A stretch of DNA of 64,000 nt from Acidobacteriota bacterium. GTDB lineage: Bacteria; Acidobacteriota; UBA6911; RPQK01; JADFOI01. Under the pieces are notes generated by a model, which was not told the origin of the DNA, ran no database searches, and saw nothing but the letters and a program-made list of their open reading frames with translations. Positions 38,491 through 49,852 of this stretch are shown piece by piece. The position numbers were made by a program, and so were the translations under genes. The first letter of the stretch is position 1. Every line of letters begins with the position of its first letter. Location of the stretch: NCBI GenBank assembly GCA_963663035.1, contig OY760074.1, forward strand, positions 1,408,001-1,472,000, given 5' to 3'.

Positions 38491-39516
38491 TCACGAAGAG
38501 CAGACTCTGTTGAGAAGTGCCATATCACTGAGCATTTCACCTGTTCCCAGGACCACTGAAGACAAAGGATCTTTGGCCAAAACCACGGGCACGCTAGTTT
38601 CCTTTTTGATTTTCTGGTCCAAGTTTTTCAGAAGCGATCCACCGCCGGTCAAGACCATCCCATTCTCCGCGATATCTGCGGAAAGCTCAGGAGGGGCGCG
38701 TTCTAAGGCCGCGCGGACGGCATTGATGATGGTTAACAGTGGATCCGAGAGAGCCTCGCGGACCTCCTCATCGGTGATCGTGATGATTTTGGGGATGCCC
38801 TCGATGAGGCTTCGGCCTTTGATCTCCAGGGTCCTCTTTTCATTTAATGGAGCAGCTGATCCGATTTCGATCTTGATCTGTTCGGCGGTTCGCTCTCCGA
38901 TGAGCAGGTTATGCTTTCTCTTCATGTATTGAATGATCGAGTCGTCCATTTCGTCACCCGCTACCCGGACGGTCCGACTGTACACAATGCCAGACAGACT
39001 GATGAGGGCGATATCGGTGGTCCCTCCCCCAATGTCGATGATCATATTGCCACTTGGTTCGGAGATGGGAAGCCCGACTCCGATGGCTGCGGCCATGGCC
39101 TGTTTCACCAAGTAGACCTCGCTGACTTTGGCACTACGGGCCGCTTCTATAACTGCCCTTCTTTCTACCTGGCTGATTTCCGATGGGATGCTGATGACAA
39201 CACGGGGAGCGAGCAAATGTTTGCGGATATGGGCTTGTTTAATCAAGTATTTGAGCATCTCTTCAGTGAGGTCAAAATCAGCAATGACGCCATCTTTCAA
39301 GGGTTTGATGGCAACCATGTTTCTAGGTGTACGGCCCAGCATCTCCTTCGCTTCGCGTCCGATCGCCTCGACCCGGTCGGTCAATTTGTTGATGGCCACC
39401 ACGGAGGGCTCGTTGACGACGATTCCGCGGTTGGGAGTGTAGACGAGTGAGTTAGCAGTCCCCAGGTCAATCGCCAAATCATTGGAAAACAAACTCAAGA
39501 ATGAGCGCAGGTTCAT
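38491..39516 (-). CDS. mreB: MreB/Mbl actin-like protein, stand-alone
   Basis: AIDLGTANS, EPSVVA, PLKDGVIADF, DIGGGTT, LTGGGSLL. Confidence 0.96.
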   Translation of the reverse strand: MNLRSFLSLFSNDLAIDLGTANSLVYTPNRGIVVNEPSVVAINKLTDRVEAIGREAKEMLGRTPRNMVAIKPLKDGVIADFDLTEEMLKYLIKQAHIRKHLLAPRVVISIPSEISQVERRAVIEAARSAKVSEVYLVKQAMAAAIGVGLPISEPSGNMIIDIGGGTTDIALISLSGIVYSRTVRVAGDEMDDSIIQYMKRKHNLLIGERTAEQIKIEIGSAAPLNEKRTLEIKGRSLIEGIPKIITITDEEVREALSDPLLTIINAVRAALERAPPELSADIAENGMVLTGGGSLLKNLDQKIKKETSVPVVLAKDPLSSVVLGTGEMLSDMALLNRVCSS

Positions 39517-39533
39517 AAATCTCCTACAAACGC

Positions 39534-40800
39534 TGACCTGCCCCCACGAACGAGTCCACCCTCTATGCTAGACCCGGGACCATTTGAAGTCCACTCCAAG
39601 GGATTGGATCCAGTGCCTGCGACCTAGGTAGTTTGGCCTCTGGCGCCGGCGGCCGATAGGCCAAGGCGCTGTGAGGCCGGATCTGATTGTAATCCCTCCG
39701 CCAGCGTTCTACCAACACCTTGGCTTCCCCCAGCGTGTCGAAGATCTCCATGTTCAGCAGCTCATCCCGTAGTTTCCCGTTGAAACTCTCAATGTACCCA
39801 TTCTCCCAGGGGCTGCCCGGCTCGATGTACAAGGTCCTTACCCCAACAGCCTGCAGCCAGTCCCGGACCGCCTGTGCCGTAAACTCCGATCCGTTATCGG
39901 ACCGGATAAACTCAGGCACTCCCCGATCAACGAATAACTCCGCCAGCCGGTCCAACACGTCTTGGTGATTCATCTGCCGTTTCACATCAATGGCGAGGCA
40001 CTCTCTGGTGTACTCATCCAGGATCGTCAATAGCCGAAAGGCTCGCCCATCATGGGTCCGTTCATGCACGAAATCATAGCTCCAGACGTGGTTCTTGCGA
40101 GCCGCTCGTAACCGAACACAGGAACCGTCATTAAGCCACAGCCTCCTTCGTTTCGGCTGTCTGGACGGGACTTTCAGCCCTTCTTGTCTCCACAGCCTCT
40201 CCACCCGCTTAGGATTCACCTTCCACCCTTCCCCATGAAGTATCGCCGTGACCCGCCGGTAGCCATAACGCCCGTATTGCGTAGCCAACTCCACCATCCG
40301 GGCCACCAATCGGGCCTCATCATCGGGAATTTGCCTTTCCCTTCGCTGGGTCGATCGAACCTGTCCCAGCACTTGGCAGGCCCGACGTTCGGAGACTCGC
40401 TCTGCTCCTAATCGCTCTCGTACCCACATCACCGCTCGTCTCCTGTTCGCCGGGCCTAGAAGTTTCCCGAGGACACTTCCTTCAGGATCTGCTTGTCCAA
40501 AGACAGATCCGCCACCAGCTTCTCCAACCGGGTATTCTCCTTCTCCAACACCTTCAACCTCTTGGCCTGGTCCAACCGGAGCCCTCCGTACTCTTTGCGC
40601 CACCGGTAGTAGGTCTGCTCGCTCACCCCCATCTGCTTCGACACCTGTCCCACCCTCTGTCCTTGGGCCAGACCCACCTCTGCCTCACGCAGCTTCATGA
40701 TGATCTGTTCTGCCCTAAACCGCTTCCCTGCCATCCTTGCCTCCTTCCTAAACCGGAAATCCTAACATTCAAACTGGACTCGTTTTAGGGGGCAAGGTCA
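39534..40800 (-). mobile_element. IS3-family element, copy 2, with ACGC target duplication
   Basis: Near-identical to copy 1; ACGC on both sides; orfA 40456-40734, orfB ends 39563. Confidence 0.96.
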
Positions 40801-41052
40801 ACGCTTATACCCCTGGGGGCACTCAGGACTCGACACTTGTGACTTCCTTTCACCTGTCGACCCTGAGGACTAAAGTCTGATTTATTGCTTTCCCTAAAAG
40901 CCGAAAACGGAATTTGAAGACGACTGGAGGGAGTGAGAAAAGTCCCCACAAGATCGACTGTGAGAGATCCTGAGCCCGTAGTTCACGTGAACAATCAGGC
41001 TTTTCGGTGGCTGGACTGTAGAAAGATCTAGGAGAGAGCGCGCTCCGTGGGA

Positions 41053-41499
41053 TCAGGCGGCGGAGTTTGGACTTTCCCCCTCCACTTCAGGTTGCCGTTC
41101 AGAGGTGGCCTTTGTGGGTTTATAGAGCATCGCCAGAACCGTTCCGCAGATGATAGTTTGCAACAGGCCGTAAATAAACCACTGAAGAGCCAAAGAAACG
41201 GGGACAGGTAATACCACATAAAGGTTGAAGGCCATGGGAATGGAGATGAACAAGCCAATCCACAGTCCGTAGCGGACCCCCTCCATTACCCCTTTTCCCT
41301 CGTGACCTTTGGTGTAGATAAAGGTGAAAAGGACCGCCCAGATCACGCCCGTCAGCCCAATGATCCACGTTTTCTGGTCCGATCGCCACAGGTTTTCCAG
41401 CGACCCATACGAACCGCTTAAGATAACCTGGTGAATCCAGAAACCAAGGATTTGATACACGACGTAGACCATAATGCTTGCAATAAAGAACTTCTTCAT
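41053..41499 (-). CDS. 4-TM membrane protein
   Basis: MKKFFIAS start after GGGGGAG; four hydrophobic segments; GVMEGVRYGLWIGL. Confidence 0.75.
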   Translation of the reverse strand: MKKFFIASIMVYVVYQILGFWIHQVILSGSYGSLENLWRSDQKTWIIGLTGVIWAVLFTFIYTKGHEGKGVMEGVRYGLWIGLFISIPMAFNLYVVLPVPVSLALQWFIYGLLQTIICGTVLAMLYKPTKATSERQPEVEGESPNSAA

Positions 41500-41659
41500 A
41501 TTTGTAGTCTCCCCCCTTTCTATCAAGTTTGAAAGACAGTCAAAGGGCAAACAACGCCTGTTTTTGCCCTCATCCCTGCTACAGCTCCATTTTTGAGCTT
41601 AACGATCTCATTCGTGGTTTCGCCCAAGCCACTTTCGATCCACTACAAAAACGTGCTTA

Positions 41660-42178
41660 CTAGGTGCTTGGGGCGGCACCGCTGGAAGCAGGAAACGGGT
41701 TGCTACTGTTCCAGATGTGACGGGCGATCTGCCAGGAGCCGTAAGGTTGTTTCTGCAGGATCACGATGTACTTGCCATTATCTTCTGTGGGCTCGCCTCC
41801 AGCTTTAGAGGTGAGGGTAATCGTAAAAGTGCCCCGGTCGAATGCCCGGTTTCCAAGCACTTCAAGTTCCTCTGAGGAGACCGTGAGCTCGGCGGTGAAC
41901 TGCTCAAAAATGGCCGCATACCTTGAGCTGACTGCCTCGTGCCCAGTGACGCCTGGCTCGTTCGGGGGCATCAATACCACATCGTCGGTCATAGTGATTA
42001 TAAGACGCTCCACACTACTGGCGTTATAAGCGGCGACGTATTCCTGACGCAGAGCGTTAATCGCCTCCATGTCGGCCCCAGCTGTCGCTTCGGCCGCCTG
42101 TTCGGGCTCCTCTGCTCCCGGGGCGCAGGCGCCGAGCACAAAGCACAGCAGTGCTCCAATACCGAGATAGGATCTCAT
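41660..42178 (-). CDS. SnoaL/DUF4440 (NTF2-like) lipoprotein, paralogue of 15219-15746
   Basis: LGAC lipobox; DDVVLMPPNEP..GKYIVILQKQ..WQIARHIWNS; AGGAGG RBS. Confidence 0.88.
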   Translation of the reverse strand: MRSYLGIGALLCFVLGACAPGAEEPEQAAEATAGADMEAINALRQEYVAAYNASSVERLIITMTDDVVLMPPNEPGVTGHEAVSSRYAAIFEQFTAELTVSSEELEVLGNRAFDRGTFTITLTSKAGGEPTEDNGKYIVILQKQPYGSWQIARHIWNSSNPFPASSGAAPST

Positions 42179-42232
42179 TGTTAATGTCCTCCTTTGTAGC
42201 TTTCTATTCGTGTCATTGCTTGCTGGTGAGTC

Positions 42233-43499
42233 TGACCTGCCCCCACGAACGAGTCCACCCTCTATGCTAGACCCGGGACCATTTGAAGTCCACTCCAAGG
42301 GATTGGATCCAGTGCCTGCGACCTAGGTAGTTTGGCCTCTGGCGCCGGCGGCCGATAGGCCAAGGCGCTGTGAGGCCGGATCTGATTGTAATCCCTCCGC
42401 CAGCGTTCTACCAACACCTTGGCTTCCCCCAGCGTGTCGAAGATCTCCATGTTCAGCAGCTCATCCCGTAGTTTCCCGTTGAAACTCTCAATGTACCCAT
42501 TCTCCCAGGGGCTGCCCGGCTCGATGTACAAGGTCCTTACCCCAACAGCCTGCAGCCAGTCCCGGACCGCCTGTGCCGTAAACTCCGATCCGTTATCGGA
42601 CCGGATAAACTCAGGCACTCCCCGATCAACGAATAACTCCGCCAGCCGGTCCAACACGTCTTGGTGATTCATCTGCCGTTTCACATCAATGGCGAGGCAC
42701 TCTCTGGTGTACTCATCCAGGATCGTCAATAGCCGAAAGGCTCGCCCATCATGGGTCCGTTCATGCACGAAATCATAGCTCCAGACGTGGTTCTTGCGAG
42801 CCGCTCGTAACCGAACACAGGAACCGTCATTAAGCCACAGCCTCCTTCGTTTCGGCTGTCTGGACGGGACTTTCAGCCCTTCTTGTCTCCACAGCCTCTC
42901 CACCCGCTTAGGATTCACCTTCCACCCTTCCCCATGAAGTATCGCCGTGACCCGCCGGTAGCCATAACGCCCGTATTGCTTAGCCAACTCCACCATCCGG
43001 GCCACCAATCGGGCCTCATCATCGGGAATTTGCCTTTCCCTTCGCTGGGTCGATCGAACCTGTCCCAGCACTTGGCAGGCCCGACGTTCGGAGACTCGCT
43101 CTGCTCCTAATCGCTCTCGTACCCACATCACCGCTCGTCTCCTGTTCGCCGGGCCTAGAAGTTTCCCGAGGACACTTCCTTCAGGATCTGCTTGTCCAAA
43201 GACAGATCCGCCACCAGCTTCTTCAACCGGGTATTCTCCTTCTCCAACACCTTCAACCTCTTGGCCTGGTCCAACCGGAGCCCTCCGTACTCTTTGCGCC
43301 ACCGGTAGTAGGTCTGCTCGCTCACCCCCATCTGCTTCGACACCTGTCCCACCCTCTGTCCTTGGGCCAGACCCACCTCTGCCTCACGCAGCTTCATGAT
43401 GATCTGTTCTGCCCTAAACCGCTTCCCTGCCATCCTTGCCTCCTTCCTAAACCGGAAATCCTAACATTCAAACTGGACTCGTTTTAGGGGGCAAGGTCA
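42233..43499 (-). mobile_element. IS3-family element, copy 3
   Basis: Near-identical to copies 1 and 2; no TSD; orfA 43155-43433, orfB ends 42262. Confidence 0.96.
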
Positions 43500-44450
43500 G
43501 ACCTTTACTCTGTCTGCTCGTGCATGCTTAGCAACGTTGGCCAACAATTCGCGCACCGCCTGGAACAGAGTGATGCGAGCATCGTCGCTCAGCGGCTTGG
43601 ACTGCCTATCGTCCTCAAACTTGACCAAAAAGTCGTGCTCTTCTTGGATTTGTTCGCAGAGCGACTCCACTGCTCCCTCAAGACCCAGCTGGTCGAGGAG
43701 GGGAGGACTAAGCTGGAATGTCAACGACCGAGCCTCACGGATCGTCTCTCCAAGAAGGTCGTAGACTTCGTGCAGGGACTTCTTAAGCCCTCTGGAGGGT
43801 ACTGATTGTCGCAGCGTTGCTAACTTCAATCTGCTGGCAGCCAGGGTTTGGCCGATACCGTCGTGCAGGCCGGCTGCAATGCGCTGACGTTCCCTCTGCT
43901 CGGCAAATGTCAATTCGGATGCCAGAGACTTGAGTTGGTTTTGATAGGCCAGAAGCCGCTTCTCTGCCTGTTTGCGCTTCGTGATGTCACGCAGGACCGC
44001 CCTGCTGCGAACAATCCTTCCGCGGTCATCGCGAACGGCCGATATATTCAAACTCACTTCTATTTTGCTTCCATCTTTTCTTTTCAATTGAAGTTCGGTA
44101 TCACGCACCTCGCCAGTCTCGATAAACGACCGGCGCACCTGTTTTACATCCTCTAAGCAATCAGGATGATAGATATCGAAAATGTAGCGGCCGATAAGCT
44201 CTTTCCCACTGTAGCCTGTAACTGTCTCCAAAGTCCGATTACATTGGACAATTTTGCCCGTGACCACCTCCACGGAGAAAAACATATCGGGGGCGTTATG
44301 ATAGAGATCTTGATATCTGGCTTCCGAGGCTCTCAGAGCCTCCTCCGCCTGGTTACGCTCGTCTTCTGAGGCTTCAAATTCAGTAATCTGTTGGCGCAGT
44401 TCTGCCAATTCACTTATGAGCTGCTTTTTTGTCTTGTCCTCATCCTTCAT
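43497..44450 (-). pseudogene. PAS/PAC HisKA_3 sensor histidine kinase, ATPase domain truncated by IS3
   Basis: PAS-PAC, ERQRIAAGLHDGIGQ, ELLANVAKHA, then stop inside the IS end. Confidence 0.9.
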
Positions 44451-45127
44451 CTTAAAGGATGATAGAGTTGTTAGCTGATAGCGCTACTTCCGCCAGGCCA
44501 ATTCCTGAGGGATATGCCTTACAGCCTATTGAAATGCCTGCCAAAAGTCAATTCCTCTTCTCCTGTTGACTGGCATCCGGAACCGAGTAGATTCCGTCCC
44601 CTTTTTAATGACTTTTATGGAACAACTTCAAAAATTCACATGGGTCATGAACTATTTTTTTCCACTTTGTTCCTGGTAAAGCAAAGCGTTGGATCCGAAA
44701 GTCAGTCATGCCGGTTGGTCGAAATTCCGCAACGGCGTTAGCCGCAGAATCGGCATGTTCACTCTTAGAGTGGGGGTTTAACTGATTTGCTGAGACTCAA
44801 CAATCAGGCTTCGCCCCTGCCCTTATCCTGCCAAATTTCCACCATAATTGTGGAAAGATAGTGAAAAATCCTTTTCAGAAACTGCTAGGTTTGTTATCAA
44901 ATCGGGCTACTTGGCACTTTGCACAGTCTTTGTGCACCTGCTCCAAACTGTTTCGGAGGAGTGCCAGGGATTACTTGGGCGGACCCGATCGTCGTCGGTG
45001 CGGCATTTCTATCTTTTTCGTGGCAAGCAGCGAGCAAAGCTGGGCCTGCCTCTCCCCTTGACATCGAGGGAATTTCTGGTAGCAGTAAATCAGACATACC
45101 GGGAGCTCGAAGCCGGGAGTTTGTGAA

Positions 45128-45895
45128 GTGACGATGCCGGGAACCGTACTTGATCGAATAAGTTACTTTGATGACATTGCACAGGAGTACGAGTGTGTTC
45201 GTGGAACTGAAATCTGGCCTTCACTGCTGCAAACGATTCGTTCCGTTGACTCCAACACTCTGCGCGTGTTGGACGTGGCGACGGGTACGGGTCTGTTCAG
45301 TGTGAGGCTGGCCGAGGAGGGTTTTCATGTACTCGGTTTGGACCAAAACCCCCACATGCTGGCTCAAGCAATACGCAAAGCCAAGCAGCAGGCCTGTTCC
45401 TTTCAGGGAGTTCTGGGCTTGGCCGAGCAACTGCCCCTGCCAGAGAGAAGTATCTCGGTGATGTTTTCAACCAATGCCATCCACCATTTTGACCTTCAGG
45501 CCCATTTCACAGAGGTGAAGCGAGTGTTAAAGCCAGGCGGCTGCTACGTCGTTTACACCCGCTTTAGAAAACAAAATGCCCGCTCCATCTGGGGGCGGCT
45601 GTTCCCCCATTTCGCTGAGAAGGAGACCCGCCTGTACAACCCGGAGGATTTCCAACGGCTCGAAGCAGAGTTTCCCGAGTTGGCACTGGAGTCCTTAGAT
45701 GAACTTTCATTCGAGAAGCCGTTTTCCCGCGATCGTCTTCTGCAGACCACGCGCCAGCGCAAATACTCGACTTTTGCGTTCTATGGTGAGGAGGAGTTTT
45801 GGCGGGCCTATGCTACATTTCGCTCGCGCCTGGAGTCCTGGAGTGACAGCTCCTACCTTGCCGAAATTGGGCGCATTGTCTTCCGATACCAGTAG
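45128..45895 (+). CDS. Class I SAM-dependent methyltransferase
   Basis: VLDVATGTG, AEQLPL, RVLKPGG. Confidence 0.92.
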   Translation: MTMPGTVLDRISYFDDIAQEYECVRGTEIWPSLLQTIRSVDSNTLRVLDVATGTGLFSVRLAEEGFHVLGLDQNPHMLAQAIRKAKQQACSFQGVLGLAEQLPLPERSISVMFSTNAIHHFDLQAHFTEVKRVLKPGGCYVVYTRFRKQNARSIWGRLFPHFAEKETRLYNPEDFQRLEAEFPELALESLDELSFEKPFSRDRLLQTTRQRKYSTFAFYGEEEFWRAYATFRSRLESWSDSSYLAEIGRIVFRYQ

Positions 45896-45998
45896 AAGTC
45901 TGAGCAACAGACTACCTGAATATTCCTTCAATTCGGGGAAATAAGCGCGGCGATTGAAGCGCCACTTCCAGACCCTGAGCCACCTCGGCCCCACACCG

Positions 45999-47555
45999 TC
46001 AGTGGAAGATGACATGGCATAAGATTAACGACGTCAGCAAGGCCGTGCCAAATCGGACCGCGCTCCGGGTTGAGAGCAGGAGCAGCTCGTCCAACGGTAT
46101 CCGCCACCCGTTTTTGAGGACAGTGGGAATGGCCACTATGGCAAACGTGAGCACGATCACCCAGCCCGAACGCACAAAGTAGTTCATTTCCTCAAAAAGC
46201 TCATTGATGAGGTAGGTCACCGCCACGCTCGACAAGAAGGTGGCGAGCACCAGCCGTTTGGACGGATTCACGAGGAAGACTGCGGCTATGACCAGGAGCA
46301 CGAAGCCGTTCTTGACGTAGTAGGAAAGCTCGTTAAACCAGTGAGTCAGGGGAAATTGGGGATTACCATATTTGACGTATACCACGACGAAGCTAAACAA
46401 CACTCCCGTGATGAGCGTCGCAATGATAGCGAGCCTTCCCGCGCGCACCATCTGCTGCTCGGTGGCATCCTGCTTCAGGTAGCGCTTGTAGATGTCGACA
46501 GACCAGAGAGTCGAGACGGAGTTGTAGATCGAATCCAGTGTGCTCATCAGCGAGGCGAACAACCCGCACAGAATGAGCCCCCGGACGCCGGCAGGGAGGA
46601 GCATATTTACCAGGGTCAGATAGGCCAGATCGGGATCGTCAAGAGGGTTCTCGCGGAGAATTCCTGCCAGCGCGATACCCGGCACAACGATGATGAGCAC
46701 CATCAAGTATTTCAGCGCGCCTCCCACCAGAAGCCCGATCTGGGCATGTCGCAGGTTCTTGGCCGCCAGCGCTCGCTGCAGGATGACTTGATTCGCACCC
46801 CAGTAGTTGAGGTTCAACAGGAACATACCAAAAAGACCCACCCAAGGCAGTGTCTCGTGATCCCGCGGGAGGTGCAAATGCATGAGATCGCCCGTGCTGG
46901 TCCAAAGGCTAGACCAACCCCCGAGATGGTGAATGGCCACCGACAGTGTGATCAGTCCCCCCACGACCAAAAGGACGAGCTGCACAATATCAGTGCGCAC
47001 AACTGCTCTCAGCCCACCTAGATACGTGTACACGGCGGAGAACACTCCGGTTGCCACGATGAGGATGCCAAGCCGCACCACCGGATCGGAGTCCAGGACT
47101 CCCACTTGGCTGCTGAAAATCCCGTCGATAGCGTAGGCCGCCCAAAACAGTGCAGTGCCAAGGTAAAGGAGTGAGTACAGGACAATCATCAGCACCGAGT
47201 AGGCCAGGGCGACCTGGGGACCCAGCTTGGCCTCAAAGAACTGGGTGATGGTGATAACCTTCATTCGCAGATAGAGCGGGACGAAGAAAAAGGCCGCAAC
47301 CAGGATACCGAAAATGGCATTGATCTCCAGGTTAGCCTGTGCCAGCCCGTAGAGGTACGCCGAGCCGGCCATGCCGATAAAGTGGTTGGCTTGGATGTTG
47401 GTGGCGATGGTCGACATGGCAATCGACGGCCACTTCAGAGAACGTGCGCTCAAGAAGTACTCTTCGACCTGGACGTCTCTACGCACCCGAGCCCGTACGC
47501 CAATGGTCATGATGATGGTGAAGTAGGCAAGGATAATGCTAACGTCCAGAATCAC
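45999..47555 (-). CDS. Sodium:solute symporter (SLC5)
   Basis: EYFLSARSL, YTYLGGLRAVVRTD, NQVILQRALAA, FASLMSTLDS. Confidence 0.94.
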   Translation of the reverse strand: MILDVSIILAYFTIIMTIGVRARVRRDVQVEEYFLSARSLKWPSIAMSTIATNIQANHFIGMAGSAYLYGLAQANLEINAIFGILVAAFFFVPLYLRMKVITITQFFEAKLGPQVALAYSVLMIVLYSLLYLGTALFWAAYAIDGIFSSQVGVLDSDPVVRLGILIVATGVFSAVYTYLGGLRAVVRTDIVQLVLLVVGGLITLSVAIHHLGGWSSLWTSTGDLMHLHLPRDHETLPWVGLFGMFLLNLNYWGANQVILQRALAAKNLRHAQIGLLVGGALKYLMVLIIVVPGIALAGILRENPLDDPDLAYLTLVNMLLPAGVRGLILCGLFASLMSTLDSIYNSVSTLWSVDIYKRYLKQDATEQQMVRAGRLAIIATLITGVLFSFVVVYVKYGNPQFPLTHWFNELSYYVKNGFVLLVIAAVFLVNPSKRLVLATFLSSVAVTYLINELFEEMNYFVRSGWVIVLTFAIVAIPTVLKNGWRIPLDELLLLSTRSAVRFGTALLTSLILCHVIFH

Positions 47556-47617
47556 TGCTGCGCTCCCGTCACCCGTTTCTGAAAGACCTTGGAATGGGAA
47601 ATGGTCTGGCCGACTAG

Positions 47618-49256
47618 CCGCAATTATTCATAAGTTTGGGGTGAGTGTCGATTTTCTGCGGAAGTTCAGGGCTGAGAGTGTGTTCAGGTGCGATTACAAG
47701 GCGTCCAAGCTTGTTGAGCCGAATAGAGATGAAGCGAGAGCCCCTTCCGGAAACAGCTCGGCCCGCAGGGGGCTGTATATCTGTGTTGGCGCAGGGAGTC
47801 AGGGGACCGTCAGGTGGGACACAGACGGTGCATCAGTAATGCGAAGAGCTTTTGTTCGGGATAAGACGATGCCAGGTGCACCCAGATGCGACGAGAAGTT
47901 TCCCGAACCCGGGCACCGATTTTGAACAGGCGGCGGCGGAGCGTCTCAATCTCCAGGTTGTGCCAGGGAGTCCCGCACAGGTAATCCCGCAGGCGCAGGA
48001 TTAAGACATAGGCCAGGGCGTGGATGAAGAGTCGGAACTGGTTGGCCAGGAAACGGTGGCAGCTCAAGCGATCCATGGCCAGATCTTTTTTGAAAGCTTT
48101 CACGAAGTTCTCGCACTGGCCCCGTCCGATGTAGTGGTCATACAGCTGCCCGGCCGTGAGATCCTGGCGGTTGGTGACCACAAAGCGACGGTTGAACCCG
48201 CGCTCGCTCACTTCCACCTTGGCCACCATGCGCCGCTCCCGGTCCCAACTGTCGGCCTGATAGACGAGCTCGGTGAACTGGCGTTGCTTTTCTCCTGAGT
48301 CGTCATAGTCTGCTTGCACCTGCTCAACCAAGGGCTCGACGGTGGCCGCCAGCCGGGAGTTGCGGGCAAAGCCCACCACATACTGCAGTTTTTCCTCCTC
48401 ACAGAACTCGTACAGTGCCGGCGTCGCAAAGCCACTGTCGGCTCGCACTTCGATCGGAACATCGGATCCCAGAACCTGGCGCATCCGGGCCACCACCCGT
48501 TTGAGAACCGCCACCGCGTGGGCGGCCGCCCCCTGGTTGCCGGGCCGCAGTAGCGCACATACCAGATCGCCCGTCTCGCCATCGAATAGCAGCAGCGGAT
48601 GATACATGTGCTCGCGATAATAGCCGTGGTAAAAGCTGAACTCCTGCTGCCCATGCGTGACGTCATCCGTGCTGTCGATGTCCAGGATGATCTTCTCGGG
48701 CCGGCTCTTCTTGCGGTGCTTCAAGTAGGTCTCCAGCAGCCACTGTCCCAGGCGAGTGAGATCCTTCGAGTCCACCGAGTTCTCCAGTCGCGACAGCGTG
48801 GGTTGAGAAGCCAGATCCGGATCGCTTTCCGGCAGCCGATCACACACGGTCTTGAAGATGGGATCCGAGCGCAAGCTGTCGGCATCGTTGCAGTCCTCAT
48901 AGCCGGCCACGATCTGAAAGCTGCGCTGGGTGAGCAGTTCGCGAATCTGGTGGCGGACGTAGCGGCTATCTCGAGCGTCCTTCAGGCAGGAGGCAAAGCC
49001 AGCCGTCAGTCCGTGCTGTTGATCCAGGGCGTACAGACACAGCAGCCCGGCATCGGAGGAGAGCCGGCCTCCATCGAATCGAGCCACCACTTTTCTGTCA
49101 GGGTGAGATGGCAAGTTGATCTGGCAGACTGATGCATCGCTGGGCCGTACCTTTTTGGTTTGGAGTTGTTTCATAACCCCTTTTATATCAAAGAGGTACG
49201 GCATCTTTTTGTGCCCTCGATCAGACCCCTTCTTCAGAATTTATGAATAATCCGGG
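47618..49256 (-). mobile_element. IS1380-family element with CTAG target duplication
   Basis: Ends ccgcaattattcataa / ttatgaataatccggg, each flanked by CTAG. Confidence 0.93.
47810..49204 (-). CDS. IS1380 transposase
   Basis: FDGGRLSSDAG, GYEDCND, SQPTLSRLEN, LDIDST, RADSGF, RGQCEN. Confidence 0.96.
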   Translation of the reverse strand: MPYLFDIKGVMKQLQTKKVRPSDASVCQINLPSHPDRKVVARFDGGRLSSDAGLLCLYALDQQHGLTAGFASCLKDARDSRYVRHQIRELLTQRSFQIVAGYEDCNDADSLRSDPIFKTVCDRLPESDPDLASQPTLSRLENSVDSKDLTRLGQWLLETYLKHRKKSRPEKIILDIDSTDDVTHGQQEFSFYHGYYREHMYHPLLLFDGETGDLVCALLRPGNQGAAAHAVAVLKRVVARMRQVLGSDVPIEVRADSGFATPALYEFCEEEKLQYVVGFARNSRLAATVEPLVEQVQADYDDSGEKQRQFTELVYQADSWDRERRMVAKVEVSERGFNRRFVVTNRQDLTAGQLYDHYIGRGQCENFVKAFKKDLAMDRLSCHRFLANQFRLFIHALAYVLILRLRDYLCGTPWHNLEIETLRRRLFKIGARVRETSRRIWVHLASSYPEQKLFALLMHRLCPT

Positions 49257-49519
49257 CTAGGGCTCCCCTTCCTCTTAAGTCACAGGTGTGATTTTGCTAA
49301 ATAATAAGGCTTAATGGGTTTAGAAGGCAAAATCCACTGATTCATATATTAATCCGAAGAATAGATGGATCCGTTCTTCGGAAAATATACACGCTGTGCT
49401 TCTGCAACATCGAGCGCGTCGCTCAACGTACACCGGACCAGTTCCCTCCTCCGGTGTTTCACGGGGGTGAATAATGTGTTGCTAAATTTATCACATTGTT
49501 CATTAGGCTTTGGCAGTCG

Positions 49520-49725
49520 CTAGAGTAAGCTGGGCAAGTTGGGATTTCAGCAGCTGTTTGCGAAGAAGTATTTCAGTTTGCAGCATTCTGTGGCTTCAGC
49601 AACAGCGGGAATCGAGGATAACAGTGAAAAGATTGTGGCGCTCGAGCAAAGGCGAAAGCCGTTGAACGAACAGGTTGATGCCCGGTCGGAACAATTGGGC
49701 GAGAGCGTTGCTCTTTTACAAAATG
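49520..49725 (+). repeat. Diverged duplicate of 12655-12860 (coiled-coil segment)
   Basis: FQQLFAKKY..EQRRK..VDARSEQLGESVALL vs FQSLFAREY..EQRQK..VEARSEQLAESLALL. Confidence 0.85.
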
Positions 49726-49852
49726 ACATTCGGGGCTCCGTTTGTTTCTTAGAGCTTACTTTGAGCCGTCTCCTATTGTCGCAGCTCTGTTCATCTTGGA
49801 CCACCAGGCCAGCAGCCGCGGCAGCTGTCGTTGTAGAATGGTGAACAGAATC

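Noticed and set aside
42179-42298. N-terminal extension MEWTSNGPG.. on the NTF2 protein (also ORF 10158-10367)
   Set aside because: Read-out from the IS3 end, not part of the gene.
49470-49500. Rex/CRP-like dyad upstream of the symporter or pfk
   Set aside because: Too many mismatches in AT-rich DNA.
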